A stretch of DNA of 64,000 nucleotides from NCBI RefSeq assembly GCF_001194135.2, contig NC_068985.1:123471976-123535975 (forward strand), written 5' to 3'. The stretch comes from Octopus bimaculoides (lineage: Eukaryota). The translations under genes and the position numbers were made by a program. The notes beneath the pieces are model-generated. The model had not been told where the DNA came from. It made no database searches and saw only the letters and a list, made by a program, of their open reading frames with translations. Below are positions 23,877-36,299 of this stretch, piece after piece. Each line of letters starts with the position of its first letter. Position 1 is the stretch's first letter.

Positions 23877-25345
23877 GCATACACACATGTTTGAATGTAT
23901 ATGTGATAGGCGTCCTCATATTTTCTGTTTATCAATTTTACTCACAAAGCATTTGTTGGCTCAAGGATACAATTGATGATGTTTGTCCAAGATGCTGGAC
24001 AGTGAGATTCAACTTGAAACCCTGTAATTGCAAAGCAAGCTCAACTACACAACTGCCTTAACCTAAGCATTAGTTATGTCATATCAAATCTCAGTTTCAT
24101 TTGATATGTAACAAGGTTATTTTTATAAACCTGGGGATATTGTTGATTAAATTGACCCCAGTGTATTACTGTTACTTGATTTGTTGAACATGGAGAAACT
24201 ATAGGCAAAGTCAAGTCTAGTATGTAGTATGGTATTGCTGATGAGATATGATCCAAGGATATGTTGTTACTTAGCCTTTGAGCAGACCTGTGATGATCAA
24301 AATTCAAATTGTGATCATTCCTTATTTTACTCAGGTACAATACTCTCAGGAACACTACCCAATCCATCTTGTTTTAAGACTGTAGGGTGTGAAAAGCAGG
24401 TGATTTGGCTACTAGTTCTAGTAAATCGAGTGACATATATTAGGCAAACCCTCTCAAATGTAAGGACATACAGATAGGCAAAATAACATAAGTGTTATTT
24501 TCAGGCTGGCTGAACTCTTGCTTTTGAGTTATTTCCCTTAGCTCATATTTCTTTTTAATTATGCATATATTATTGAGGTTGACGTCTCGCTAAACGTGTC
24601 AGCAACCCCTACAATAATATATAACAATTTCTAACTTTGGCACGAGATCTTGGAACTAAGAAGAAGTGTGTTTGATTTAATCAGCCCTGGTACATGACTG
24701 ATATTTCTTTTTTATTGATCTTGTTAGCATGAAGAGCAGGCTTGGTTGTGTAGTTAAGAAGTTTGCTTTGCAACTATGTGGTTTTGAATTTGATTCCATT
24801 GCATGGTATCTCAGACGAGTTTCTGAGGTAGGTAGACATTTCTGGAAACTCAGTGGATGAAGAACTGCTCTTGCTTTTGGTTTGGTGGACATAATCCACC
24901 TAACTGGCTTCCCAGGACTTGATGTTTCTTGCTGAATCCACTCAGTTGCAAGCATTCAGTGAAAGTCTTCGGTCTGAAGTTGTGTAAAAGAAAAAAAAAA
25001 TAACCTCTGTTGATTCTTGTAGGGGTTTGAACTCTGAACATGGAGGAATAAAACTAAATATTATACGGCATTTAATCTGGTATTGTGCTTATACCGTGAA
25101 TAGAGTGTTGACTATACCGGTTATTGTTTAATCTCAGTGATGCTCTGAATAAGAAGTCTTATGATGAAGTATATTTAGAACTACCTACATTGTTCATCAT
25201 GTTTTTTCACTTTTTTAGGATTTTAGGGTGGGATTTCCAAAAGATTTGGTTGCTATTACTAGCATGTTGAATTACCATATAGAATCAGTGTTGCATGCAG
25301 GTAAATTCATACATATTATATATGTCTGTTTTCTTTTGTTGTTAG

Positions 25346-25471
25346 GTGAATACTGATGTGAATATTGATACCAAGAATCAAACTATGCAAGGTCTAGCAT
25401 TCCCTATAACAAATGATTGTGTTGCAGCTTTGGAGCGCCTGAGGAATGGTTTAATAACTTATGTCCAGCTT
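25346..25471 (+). CDS. TWF: Twinfilin coding exon 6, 126 nt
   Basis: GTTAG acceptor and GTAAGT donor. Translates VNTDVNIDTKNQTMQGLAFPITNDCVAALERLRNGLITYVQL. Confidence 0.96.
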
Positions 25472-25812
25472 GTAAGTATTTCATTTACCATTATTATCAA
25501 CACCATGCACATATGTGTATGTGTGTATATGTATATATAATTATTAAAAAAAAAAACAAAGAAAAAAACACAAGGAAAAAACAACAATGCAAGGACATGG
25601 TACATGCAAAGTATTAAAAGATGCTCAGGGAAGGAAAGAAAGGGTGTTTTACGTTTTGAGCAAAGCTCTTCTTCAGGAACAGGAGACAGAGGAAAGTCCA
25701 AGAGAAAAGGAAGACAGAGGAAAAACATCACCAATAATCCACATGTAGTTACATTTTCGTGTGTGTATATATATATATATATATGTGTGTGTGTATTCTT
25801 TTATTCTTTTAT

Positions 25813-26163
25813 ACTTTTACTTGTTTCAGTCATTTGACTGTGGCCATGCTGGAGCACCGCCTATTTTTTTTAGTTGAAGAAATTGACCCTTGAACTTATT
25901 CTTTGTTAGCCTAGTACTTATTCTATCAGTTTTTTTTGTTGAACCACTAAGTTATGGAGATATAAACACACCAGTATTGGTTGTCAAGCAATGGATGGGG
26001 GACGAACACACACACACACACACATATATGATGGGCTTCTTTCATTTTCCTTTGATCAGCCTGCGGCTATAGTAGAAGACACCCAAAGTGCCATGCAGTG
26101 AGACTGAACCTGGAACGATGTGGTTGAAAAGCAAGCTCCTTACCACACATCCACGCCTGCACC

Positions 26164-26164
<1 letters not shown>
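25813..26164 (-). mobile_element. SINE family B, minus strand
   Basis: Reverse complement of the 13955-14363 element, e.g. TACTTTTACTTGTTTCAGTCATTTGACTGTGGCCATGCTGGAGCACCGCC. Confidence 0.85.
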
Positions 26165-26196
<32 letters not shown>

Positions 26197-26197
26197 A

Positions 26198-26239
<42 letters not shown>

Positions 26240-26350
26240 TGAGAATGTGTGTCTGTCTGTCTGTATGTGAGCATCACTAAAACTTGAGAACTACCCAACC
26301 GATACATTATTTACAATTGACGGATATTTGTCCTCATCTTGTTTGTTGTT

Positions 26351-26397
26351 AACACAACATTTCAGCTGATATACCCTCCAGCCTTCATCAGGTGTTT
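26351..26397 (-). ncRNA. Minimal hammerhead-like motif, copy 2 (core boxes intact)
   Basis: Minus strand reads AAACAC-CTGATGA-A-GGCTG-GAGGGTATAT-CAGCT-GAAA-TG-T-T-GTGTT. Confidence 0.65.
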
Positions 26398-26487
26398 TGG
26401 GAAAATTTTGAACCTGTGTTCTCATTCCTAAGGTATTTTTCGATGTTGTTGTTATTATTGATTGTTGTTTTTGTTTCTTATCTTCAG

Positions 26488-26638
26488 AGTATTGATATTG
26501 AAAGAGAAAGAATTTGCTTAGAAACTGAAGCCGACATTGACGTCAGTTCATTACCAATGAAAGTGCCTGATAACCATGCCCGGTATCATTTCTTTATATT
26601 CAAACATACCCATGAAGGAGATTATTTAGAGAACATTG
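26488..26638 (+). CDS. TWF: Twinfilin coding exon 7, 151 nt
   Basis: TTCAG acceptor and G|GTTTGT donor. Translates SIDIERERICLETEADIDVSSLPMKVPDNHARYHFFIFKHTHEGDYLENI(V). Confidence 0.95.
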
Positions 26639-26765
26639 GTTTGTATGCCTTTCTTTTTCTTTTTTTGTTCTTTCTTTGTATGAGTGCAACTGTGTCTGTA
26701 TGATGTTTGTATAAACACACATACACACACACACACATATGCAACCCCATATCAATACAACTAAA

Positions 26766-26992
26766 TTAGCCCTTTAACCCTCAATTTATTTTGTCAAATG
26801 TAATGCTTATTTATTTGCGTTCTTTTGAATTGATCAGGCATTATCTTGTAACTTCAAGATTCAATGATGTGATTGTTTATGTTTAGAACAACATTGTAGC
26901 ATTAGTGTGAGAGGTTTGATATGGCTACTTTGAACATAAAACGGACATAATATTTGGGCCAGATAAGGCTGGTTTAAATGCTAAAGGGTTAA
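26766..26992. mobile_element. piggyBac-type MITE (family E)
   Basis: Ends AATGCTAAAGGGTTAA; body similar to 15095-15322. Confidence 0.6.
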
Positions 26993-27385
26993 AGCATGCA
27001 TGTAGCTGAAACCCTGGAAGCTGTGGTTTTCATCCAAGGAAAGTCTCTTTACAGGAAATTTTGTTCAAAAACACAATAAACTTCAGAACTAGGTGAAACA
27101 AAAATCACCTGTGATGTGATTGCAAGAGCGACAGACACATTTTTTCTCATTATTGTGCTTTATTAATGTCATGTGGGCATGTCACTTCTGCAATAACATT
27201 GAATCAGCTAGAATGATGTATATACAGATAGTGTATAAACTATACACTGGCTTGTAATGGCACTGCACTTGCAGAAATTCATATTATGCAATGAAAGCAG
27301 TTCTATAGTAAAAACTAAAATATTTAATGTATGTGTGTATTTGAAACACTAGAAGCTGTGGTTTTCATCTGGGGAAAAATCCCTT

Positions 27386-27416
<31 letters not shown>

Positions 27417-27432
27417 TAACAACAACAACAAC

Positions 27433-27648
27433 AATCCTCTCTACTGGAAATGCAAGGCCTCAAATTTGGGGGAAGGGATTAAATCAATTACATCGACCCC
27501 AGTGTGTAACTGTTACTATTTAATTGACCCTGGGAGGATGAAAGGCAAAGTCGACCTTGGTGGAATTTGAACTCAGAACATAGCAATGGCTGAAATGCCG
27601 CTAGGCATTTCACCTGGCATGCTAATGATTCTGCAAGCTCACTGCCTT
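27433..27648 (-). mobile_element. SINE family A, older subfamily, embedded in (AAT/AAC)n
   Basis: Reverse complement of the family A head and central block (GGATGAAAGGCAAAGTCGACC...GAATTTGAACTCAGAAC). Confidence 0.75.
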
Positions 27649-28154
27649 AATAATAATAATAATAATGTACCACAAAGTTTTTTTTGTCAGTGAATAAGTC
27701 ATGATTTCAAAGTGACAAAAATAATTTGACACAAATTAAATTTAAATGTTGAAGTGAAACTAACGGTTTTTGTGTATTCTTAAATGGCTTACAAACATCT
27801 TCCATGCTGCACTTGCTTTTGTTTCAGCACACAGTCTCAGATCAAGTCACTTGCTATGCAAGTACATCTCTGTAATAACGATAACAATATTGTGTATCAT
27901 GCTCAGGTGCACTACAACTCATCAAGGGTGCATGTATAATACATAGAATTATGTACAAAAGTCAGGAAAGTGAACAGTGTATGAGTCATACATATGTGCA
28001 TGCATATGGAGGTGGGATATCAGGTGTAGCGTTGGCAAATTTCAGGAAGCATGGAGGGTTTAAAGGATGCAATGTTTCAGCAGCTGATCCATGCCCAGGA
28101 AAGCAAGGCGTTCAGTGTATGGTAGATGCCTGATGGTGGGTATTCACTTGGTTG

Positions 28155-31100
28155 CATCATCATCACCATTTAACATCTGTTTTCCATGCTGGCTTGGGTT
28201 GGACAGTTTGACTGGAGCTGGTAAGGCTGGGAGCCACACCAGGCTCCATTGTCTGTTTTGGTATGGCTTCTATGGCTAGAAGCCCTTCTAACATTAACCA
28301 CTTTACAGAGTGTACTGGTTGCTTTTTACATGGCACCTGCACCAGTTTCTTTTTACATGGTACTAGCACCAACTGGATTACTAAGTAACTTGCAAAACAG
28401 CCTCCTGCCTCTGCTGGGAGTAAGGAGTAGTCGTGAGATTTGTGCTTTGTGATAGTTGATGAGAGATTAGAGGTGTAGATGGACAAGGATAGGTGTCTTG
28501 CTGTAGAGAAATACATGGATACCCCAGTTGGAAAAGAACGGATAGTGAGTTAGAGAGTAAGATAAAGAGAATAGGTTAGTTAGAGAGTAAAATAAAGAGG
28601 GATAGTGAGAGATGGTGGTGAAGATGTGTTGAGACAGGTGATAGTGGCAAATGATAGAGTAAATATAGGAGAGGATCAGGGCTGGGGGTGGGGTGCTGTT
28701 GATATGCGAGGGCATTGGGAGTGAGAACAGATAAGCAAAGGTGTTAATAACACAAGAGAGAGAAGGCACAGAAAGGAGGTGATTGGCGAAGACAGTATGC
28801 AGGGAAAGATAATGGCGAATGGAAATGTTTCAGGTGTGGGAAGGAGGGTAACTGGAGAAAGCAGGGGGATGTAGTATGTGCTGTTTCTGCTCTCAGGTGA
28901 TAGAGAAGTGATGAGCGTTCGGGGATGAAATGAGGTGAGAAATTATTGACAGAGCAGAAATGATGCAAGTATGTGTGGGGCAGAGCTCTCACAGACAAAC
29001 ATTACCAGGGTGGTTTTTAGGATATCAATTTTGCTGTGGTAGCCTTGAGTATAGCAAGGTGCTAGGTATCTCGATTGTTTCTCATCTTTGTGAGTTTGTA
29101 AGGCTTGGTGTCTTGATCAACCTGCAATACTTTGTCTCATATCTTCCTTGGTCTCCCTCTTCCACAAGTTCCCTTTACTTTTAAGTGATTGGCACTTTAT
29201 ACAACTGTCCACATTCATAAGCATCATATGACCAAACCAGCGTAGTCTTCTCTCTTGCACATTGAATCTAATTCCTCTTTTGCTAACTCACAATATACTA
29301 GTTCTCTGTCACACATGTACACTGACATTGCACCTCCAAGGGAGCATACTAGCTTCATTCTTTTCTAGTCTTCACATGTCTGCATTCAGAGCCCACATCT
29401 CACTACCATATAGCATTGCAGTTTGTATACATTTGGTTGCTGACAGAAGTAAAAGTTCTCTCAATTTTCTCCATCCTAGTCTTATTCAAGCAATTACACT
29501 TTCCATACATCCTCCTCCACTGCTAATTAGGTTCCCTAGGACCTAATTAGCAGAAATTATCCACAATCTCTCTGGGGCATTTGAGAAAAAATCAATTTCC
29601 TGTGTATCTGTACACTTTATTGCTCTTGTGCATCTTCCACATACAAGCACTTCTTTCTTGGTTAACCTTCTTATTATTCCACTATACCTCTTGTGTGTCC
29701 ATAGTTTGCACTGAGTACACCATATGAAATTCCTGCATACACTCTTCCTACATATCAAACTGGGTCATTTACCTGAAGTGGGTAAGGTTCTGTCTGTTTT
29801 CTTGTTAACTAGAACCTTGGTCTTTGCCAAGTTAACCTCAATGCCTTTTGACTCCAGGTTTTGCTTCCATGTCTGGAATTTCTTTTCTAGTTCCATTGTA
29901 GAATCTGCTATGAAAGCAAGATCATCAGCATAGAGCAGTTCCCAGGGGCAGCTGGTCTTGAACAGACGTGGAGGACAATGATGAAAAGGAAGGGACTCTG
30001 AGAACCAAACCCTAATTTCATCACTTTACTCCTGTTTAACTCTCACCTTACTGTCATTTTACTAACAGACCCTCTGAACATGGCCTGTACATCTTTCACA
30101 GGCCACTTGTCTACCCCTAGCTTCCTCAGAGCCCACCATATCACTCAATGGAGTACTCTGTCAAAGGCTTTCTCCAAGTTAAGAAAAGCCAAGTCCAATG
30201 GTTTATTCTTTGTTAAATACTTCTGAAGTTGTCTGACTTTGAGGATAACATCAGTAGTGCTTCTCCTTGGCACAAATTCAAACTGCATTTCAATTAATCT
30301 GATTCTGTTCCTAATTGATTGGGCTATAACTCTTTTCATAACTTTGATGACCTGGTCCAGCTATTTGATGTCTCTGTAATTACTTCTATCTCAGACATCT
30401 CCCTTACCCTTGTAGCAGCTGACGATAATGCTGCTACAAGTTATTTCCTGAATAACTTTATTAACTATACAGGTAACCAGATTGTATCATACTCCATCAG
30501 ATATTTTAAGCATCTCAGTGCTGACTCCCAATAAACCAGGGGCTTCCCCTGTCTTCATATTACCTTATCTGTCATACTGCTGTCAACTTGAATAGCTGTT
30601 ACCCCTGTCAGGTTCCCATAGGCAAGACTCCCTTTCTCCCATTCACTCTCCACATTTAATTGCCTTTCATAGTAGTACTTCCATACCTCTTTCTTTTCAA
30701 GATCACTAAGTGCAAGCATACCATCATCCATCCATACACACTTCTTTCCTACAACGTCTCTATTCTCTCTGACACACTGTCTAACAATCTGGAACTCCTC
30801 TAGCCTCTGATTTTCACTCTGTAAGGCATTTGCAAATCTCTTCCGTTCTGCGTCTGTCCTTGCTAGATTAACCCTAACTTCCCTCATGGCTACTTGCTAT
30901 AGCTCTTTGCTGTCTCCATTTCTCCAATCTTTCCAAGCCTGCCTCTTTGTTTTTATGACCTTATCTATTTCACTGTTCCACCACCTTATCACTCTTTGCC
31001 TCAGCCATAAATTTGGTCTGTAGCCTTCAGAAAGTTGTCTTGTAAGAATTTCCAGTTGTCCTCTATGTTATATGTCACAACCTCCTCTGCTTTCTTATCA

Positions 31101-31195
31101 AATGCTTTAATCAGAATGTCTCTAAATCTCTGACTCTTTGATGGATCTTTGAGGTTTCATAATTCCCTTTTCCAAACTGGTTTGCATCTCTGTTT
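28155..31195 (-). mobile_element. 5'-truncated, decayed RTE-clade LINE (RT with YADD; no endonuclease seen)
   Basis: Minus frames give QFEFVPRRSTTD...LAFLNLEKAFDRV (30145-30339), ELLYADDLAFI (YADD at 29921-29932), CTQCKLWTHKR...VCGRC, MLYGSEMWAL and ERRLRWFGH. There are many stops and frameshifts; a family D 3' segment with (GAT)n lies at 28155. Confidence 0.9.
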
Positions 31196-31476
31196 CCATA
31201 TACACACTCTCTCTCTCATGTACATGCACACACATATGATGTGTGTGCATCTGCCTAATCATCTGCCTAATCACTTACAAGGAATTGGTTAGCTCTCAGG
31301 CATAGTGGAAGACAGCCTACAGTACTACACAGTAAGAACAAGTCCTAAACTAAGCAGTTATCAAGTGAACCACACAACCATTCCTGTGCTTTTTGCCTTT
31401 CATTTTGTTTTTTTAAAAAAGGTACATAGACAAAATAATATATGTTTTTTGTGTTATTTTCTTGTTTTCTTTGCAG

Positions 31477-31598
31477 TATTCATATATTCTACTCCTGGTT
31501 ATAGTATTCCAGTGAAAGAAAGAATGCTTTATTCAAGCTGTAAATCTTGTTTTCTCAGTTATGTTGAACAGAATATGGGAATGGAAATTGTCAAGAAG
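31477..31598 (+). CDS. TWF: Twinfilin coding exon 8, 122 nt
   Basis: TTGCAG acceptor and AAG|GTGAGT donor. Translates (V)FIYSTPGYSIPVKERMLYSSCKSCFLSYVEQNMGMEIVKK. Confidence 0.96.
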
Positions 31599-33188
31599 GT
31601 GAGTTTGGTGTATTGTTCTTACCTATAACTCTTTTGGTTCTGCTCATTTGGACTATTGTTATATTGGGGCACTACCTTGAAGAAATTTTAGTCCAGTGTT
31701 TTCTCAAAGTGAATGATACTGTTCCTAGGCAGAGGTCAGGATTTTATATGGATAGTGGGGATAAAGGGTTGGAAGGCATAGGTGAGTCTCTTTTTTTTGT
31801 CCTCTATTTAAAAGCTAAGTTTGTAAAAAAAATTTGATTCTAATGTTATGCAAAACTGCTTCTTAGCCACAGACACAATAACACTAATATAAAGACAAAT
31901 GATGACATCAACAATAACAGACAATTGAAATGTGAGTTAATAAATAAACAAAGCCTAACATATACTACATTATGAACAATATATATATCTATATATGTGC
32001 GTGCGTGCGCGCGTGCACACACACACACACACACACACAAATAACATATCCATTCTTAATACATTCTGGTAGATTCGAAGATTGTCTGATCCTGTTGTTT
32101 TTTTCTTTTCTGCCATCAAAGAATGCATCCTCCCTAAGTTGATGAGTGTTTGTGACACTTGCATTTCACTGGTTCATCACTGTTAAGGGACTTCAAGACA
32201 CTGCAGTGGTTCAACCTCTTTGTGTCTTCTCTATCAAAGCTACCCCATGGCCTGACTGATGAATCTTACAAGAGCATGAACTCTTGTGTATAGAAATTAC
32301 ATGGTGAATACAATCACCTAAAGAGAGGAGGCATTCTCTGGTGGCAAAAAATAACACCCATCTAATATTCATATTCTAATCTGCCAGAACATATTAAGAA
32401 TGAATAGATGTGTTATTGTTTGGATTCTTGTTGTTCTGCATGCATCCTTTGAATTATTACCTGTTTGGCAGACTTTCACATGCATCAGCAAATAGCTCAC
32501 TTGCTGATTACTATAAACAAAAGCTCATAGGGTGGCTTTAACTGTGGAGACACATGAGGTCAACACACTATAATGTCTCAAAGTCCTCTTACACTGGTGA
32601 ACCAGTAAATCGTGTGTGATGAACACACATTGCCTAAAGAGAGGAGGCCATCTCTAGGCATGAAAAAATACTTCATTCTGACAGACACATTTTAATCTGC
32701 CAGAACATATTAAGAATGAACAGATACCTTATTGTTTGACTTTCACTGCTCTATATACACCCCGTGTGTATATAAACCTTAATGCTAATTTACTATACCC
32801 AGTTCATTCTTCTCAGTATATCTCTGGAAAATCCTCTCCTCACCTTGTAACTATTGAAAACAGAACAGTAAATGCATTGATCTTATAGGCCTTGGGCACA
32901 TTCCCTCCCTTCAGATCAAACTAATATATTTTTAAAATATTGGCCAACTAGATAAGATACTGAACTAGCTACATAAAAGGTCGTAGATTTTCACCTACTA
33001 TTTATCTTTTTGGGCCAAGCACTTAATCCAGCTTTCTGCAGTTAATCTATGAAGGAATGTAAAACTGATATAGACTAATAGCTCACCACAGAATAGAGGT
33101 TCATTTTTATGGCATATTTAAATCCAGAGTTAAGCATTGGTGCCCTGTTGAAGATTATGGAGTCTTTATTTATCTTTATTTTTGATGA

Positions 33189-34446
33189 TACAAAGTGGTA
33201 TAAAAAAACTTCCTGGATTAGTTCTGTAACATGCCAACAGATGGCAGCACACATTGGCATGTGCAGTGAGAGCTAGCAGTGACCTTCATGATGTAGTATG
33301 CCAAGTGACATTATTGTGTTTACTTTTCAAGTTGAGAAATTTTGTGTTTTTGTGATCATGTGTATGTTGTAGTCTGTAATTTTGTCATGGACAGGGAGTT
33401 TGATCAAAGAGCGAACATGAAATTTTGCATTAGATTTTGAAAGTCTGCAACAGAGACATTAAGCATGCTTCAGCAAGCTTACAGTGACGAAGCAATGGTT
33501 CATATGCAGTGTTTCAAGTGGCATAGGCACTTCAAAAGAGGAAGAATGTGCCTGGAATACCTGCCATGAGCATCACCTCTGGAAATGTGGAGAAAATTCA
33601 TCAGTTTGTGCATGAGGATCGTCGGAGAGCAATCAACAACATTACTGATATCCTTGGTCTGTCTTATGGGTCTGTGCAGGCAATCCTAATGTCTGAATTA
33701 AAAATGCAACACATTTCTGCCAAGTTTGTCCCCCACCTGCTGACCACTGAATTGAAAGAACATCACATTGAAGTCTGTCGGAGTGCCACTGGTGACCCAT
33801 CTTTCACGTCAAAGACCATCACCGGTGACAAGACTTGGGTCTAAGGGTATGACCCTGAGATGAAGCAGCAGTTGTCACAATGGAAGAGCTCTTTATCTCC
33901 ATGACTGAAGATGGTATGACAGAGCTGCAGAGTATGCACATCACTTTTTCGACATCTGCAGTATTGAGAATTCACTCTGCTGGGCCAGACTGTCAATTGA
34001 GAGTTCTCCTGCGACGTTTTGAAGTATTTGAGGGAGGACATTTGGCGAAAGCAACTGGAACTGTGGAGTGTGAAGAATTGGATTCTTCATGATGACAATG
34101 TACCCTGTCACCAAGCTCTCCTCACTTATGAATTTCTTACCAAAAACAACATGGTATCACTTCTGCACCCACTCTGCCGATTTCCATCTCTTTCTCAAGA
34201 TAAAAATGCAGTTCAAAGATTACTGTTTTAACACCATTGTTGAGATCCAGAGCGAATTGCAGAAGCTCCTAAACTCACTTATGGGAAACGACTTACAGGC
34301 TTGATTCCAAAAGTGGCAGGAATGCTGGGACTGGTGTATTGCTGCACAAGGTGACTATTTCAAAGGAGATGATGTTTAAAATTAGGCAAATAAGTTGTTT
34401 TTTATTAAACATACCTAGTCTGGGAACTTTATGATGCTACCTCATA
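33189..34446 (+). mobile_element. Full-length decayed mariner transposon (~1.26 kb) in the last twinfilin intron
   Basis: TA at both ends with imperfect ~30-bp TIRs. Transposase remnant from ATG 33387: DQRANMKFC, AKFVPHLL, TGDKTWV*GYDPE, WILHDDN and ADFHLF. Contains stops and frameshifts, and the YSPDLAP motif is deleted. Confidence 0.9.
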
Positions 34447-35167
34447 CTAAGAATGTCTTAGTATTATCAATCTTTGTGTCTTTCCCAAGAAAAATCATTA
34501 ATTTTCAGGCTTTGGTGTGGAGATCCACGATCATCTATCCCTGTAAAACAGGTATGGCACATGAAGAGAGGGATATAAATTTAAACATTTTTATTATTAT
34601 ATATAGATGATGCATGTTGAGTAGAATATTTGTTTTAAGTTTCTCTTTTCTCTGTATAGTACTAATGATGTTAAACGATATTGAATTCATATAAAACTGA
34701 TGCAATAATGACAGTAAAACAATCCATAAGTTTCTGCATTATTTCTTGGTTGTAGGGTTCCTGCTGTTAAATGCGTCTTTGTTGTAGCTAATTATGTCTA
34801 GTTTTTAACAAGCTGTGTTATTTATGACTGCCTGATATTATTGCTTTAAATATCAAGGTATTAAAACGTTACATGGTTGCCAGATCTGCTGGAAATGGTA
34901 GCCAAATTTGCTCTTCTGTGTTAAAGCATTAAAAAAAAAAGAGGGAAGGAAACAAACATGGATCACAAACACTGGTTATTTTTTACAAGACCAGAAGATG
35001 CTTGAGCTCCCTAGTCACTACCAATGTTTTACAAAGCTCAGGTGAGACTCTCAATGGAGTACTACACCTACATCTAGGACATTACTATTGCAACACTTGC
35101 GCACATCTTAGACTGCATTTCTTCAAAACTCAGTCAAATGATTTGCATGAAATCATTGAACACACTC

Positions 35168-36114
35168 CAATGTCTTTCTTCATTTTTTTTATTGAAAAAA
35201 GAAATTTCTATTTATAATTATTGAACATTTGATAATCCTTTTTTTCAATATAATTATTGAACATTTGATAAATTTTGTTTGATTGACAAGAGTTATGTTG
35301 TATGATTGATGTAAAAGATGAGGTTTGAAATTTCATTAAAAAAAAACACAATTTGTAACTGATTTTTATATATATAAATTTGAAATAAATGTTTTAGTAT
35401 TTTTTTTTTTGGTTGTGGTGGTGAGGATGGGTGGTATAAAATGATATTTAAGAAATGTCTTTTTTTAAAAAATTTTGTATTACATTTTATAGTTGATTGG
35501 AGAATTATAATTTAAAAAAGCAAATCAACAAAATTCCAAAATATGGTTGATATATATTTACCCTGTGAAATATTTCCAAATATTTAATCTTTCATTATTT
35601 TATAAGTGGTGAAGATTGATTTATTTAGTCTACAAACTATTTCTAAATTCCTATTTAATCCTATATACTAAGTGAAAAGTCCTTTTGTTGCCGTCGTCTT
35701 TGTCTATTTCACTACTTGGGTTTTGGTGTGCTCTGGTCAGTTGGTGACTCCTTGACCCTGTATGAATTTCTATTTCGTAACATATACATATACACAGATG
35801 ATGTGTTGGAGCTGGCAGAATCGTTAGCACGCCGGGCGAAATGCCTAGCGGTATTTCGTCTGCCGTTACGTTCTGAGTTCAAATTCCGCCGAGGTCGACT
35901 TTGCCTTTCATCCTTTTGAGGTCGATAAATTAAGTACCAGTTACGCACTGGGGTCGATGTAATCAACTTAATCCCTTTGTGTGTCCTTGTTTGTCACCTC
36001 TATGTTTAGCCCCTTGTGGGCAATAAAGAAATAAGTTGTTGCCTATTATAGTAAATATTTCCAGAAACTGGGATAAAATGCAGTCTCAAAGCTGATTGGC
36101 TGAATTTGAACTCA
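35168..36114 (+). repeat. Intronic copy of a ~720-bp segment of the twinfilin 3'UTR, interrupted by a SINE
   Basis: Colinear and near-identical to 36732-37449 apart from the SINE at 35809-36033. Confidence 0.95.
35809..36033 (+). mobile_element. SINE family A, slightly 5'-truncated, no TSD
   Basis: Near-identical to the 9476 and 44065 copies; the empty site is visible near 37350-37370. Confidence 0.9.
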
Positions 36115-36299
36115 CACACACACACACACACTGGGACTTAAATGTTCTAAATTATATAAATAGTCCTACATATATACAGAAAAATGGGATACTCACTGCT
36201 TGAACATAAGCTTGCTTGATCAGGGCTGATCAGGAGCTAAGCAACTTTTGTTTTTACTTTATTTTATGTTTTAAAGTACTTTTTTTTTTTTTCTTCTAG

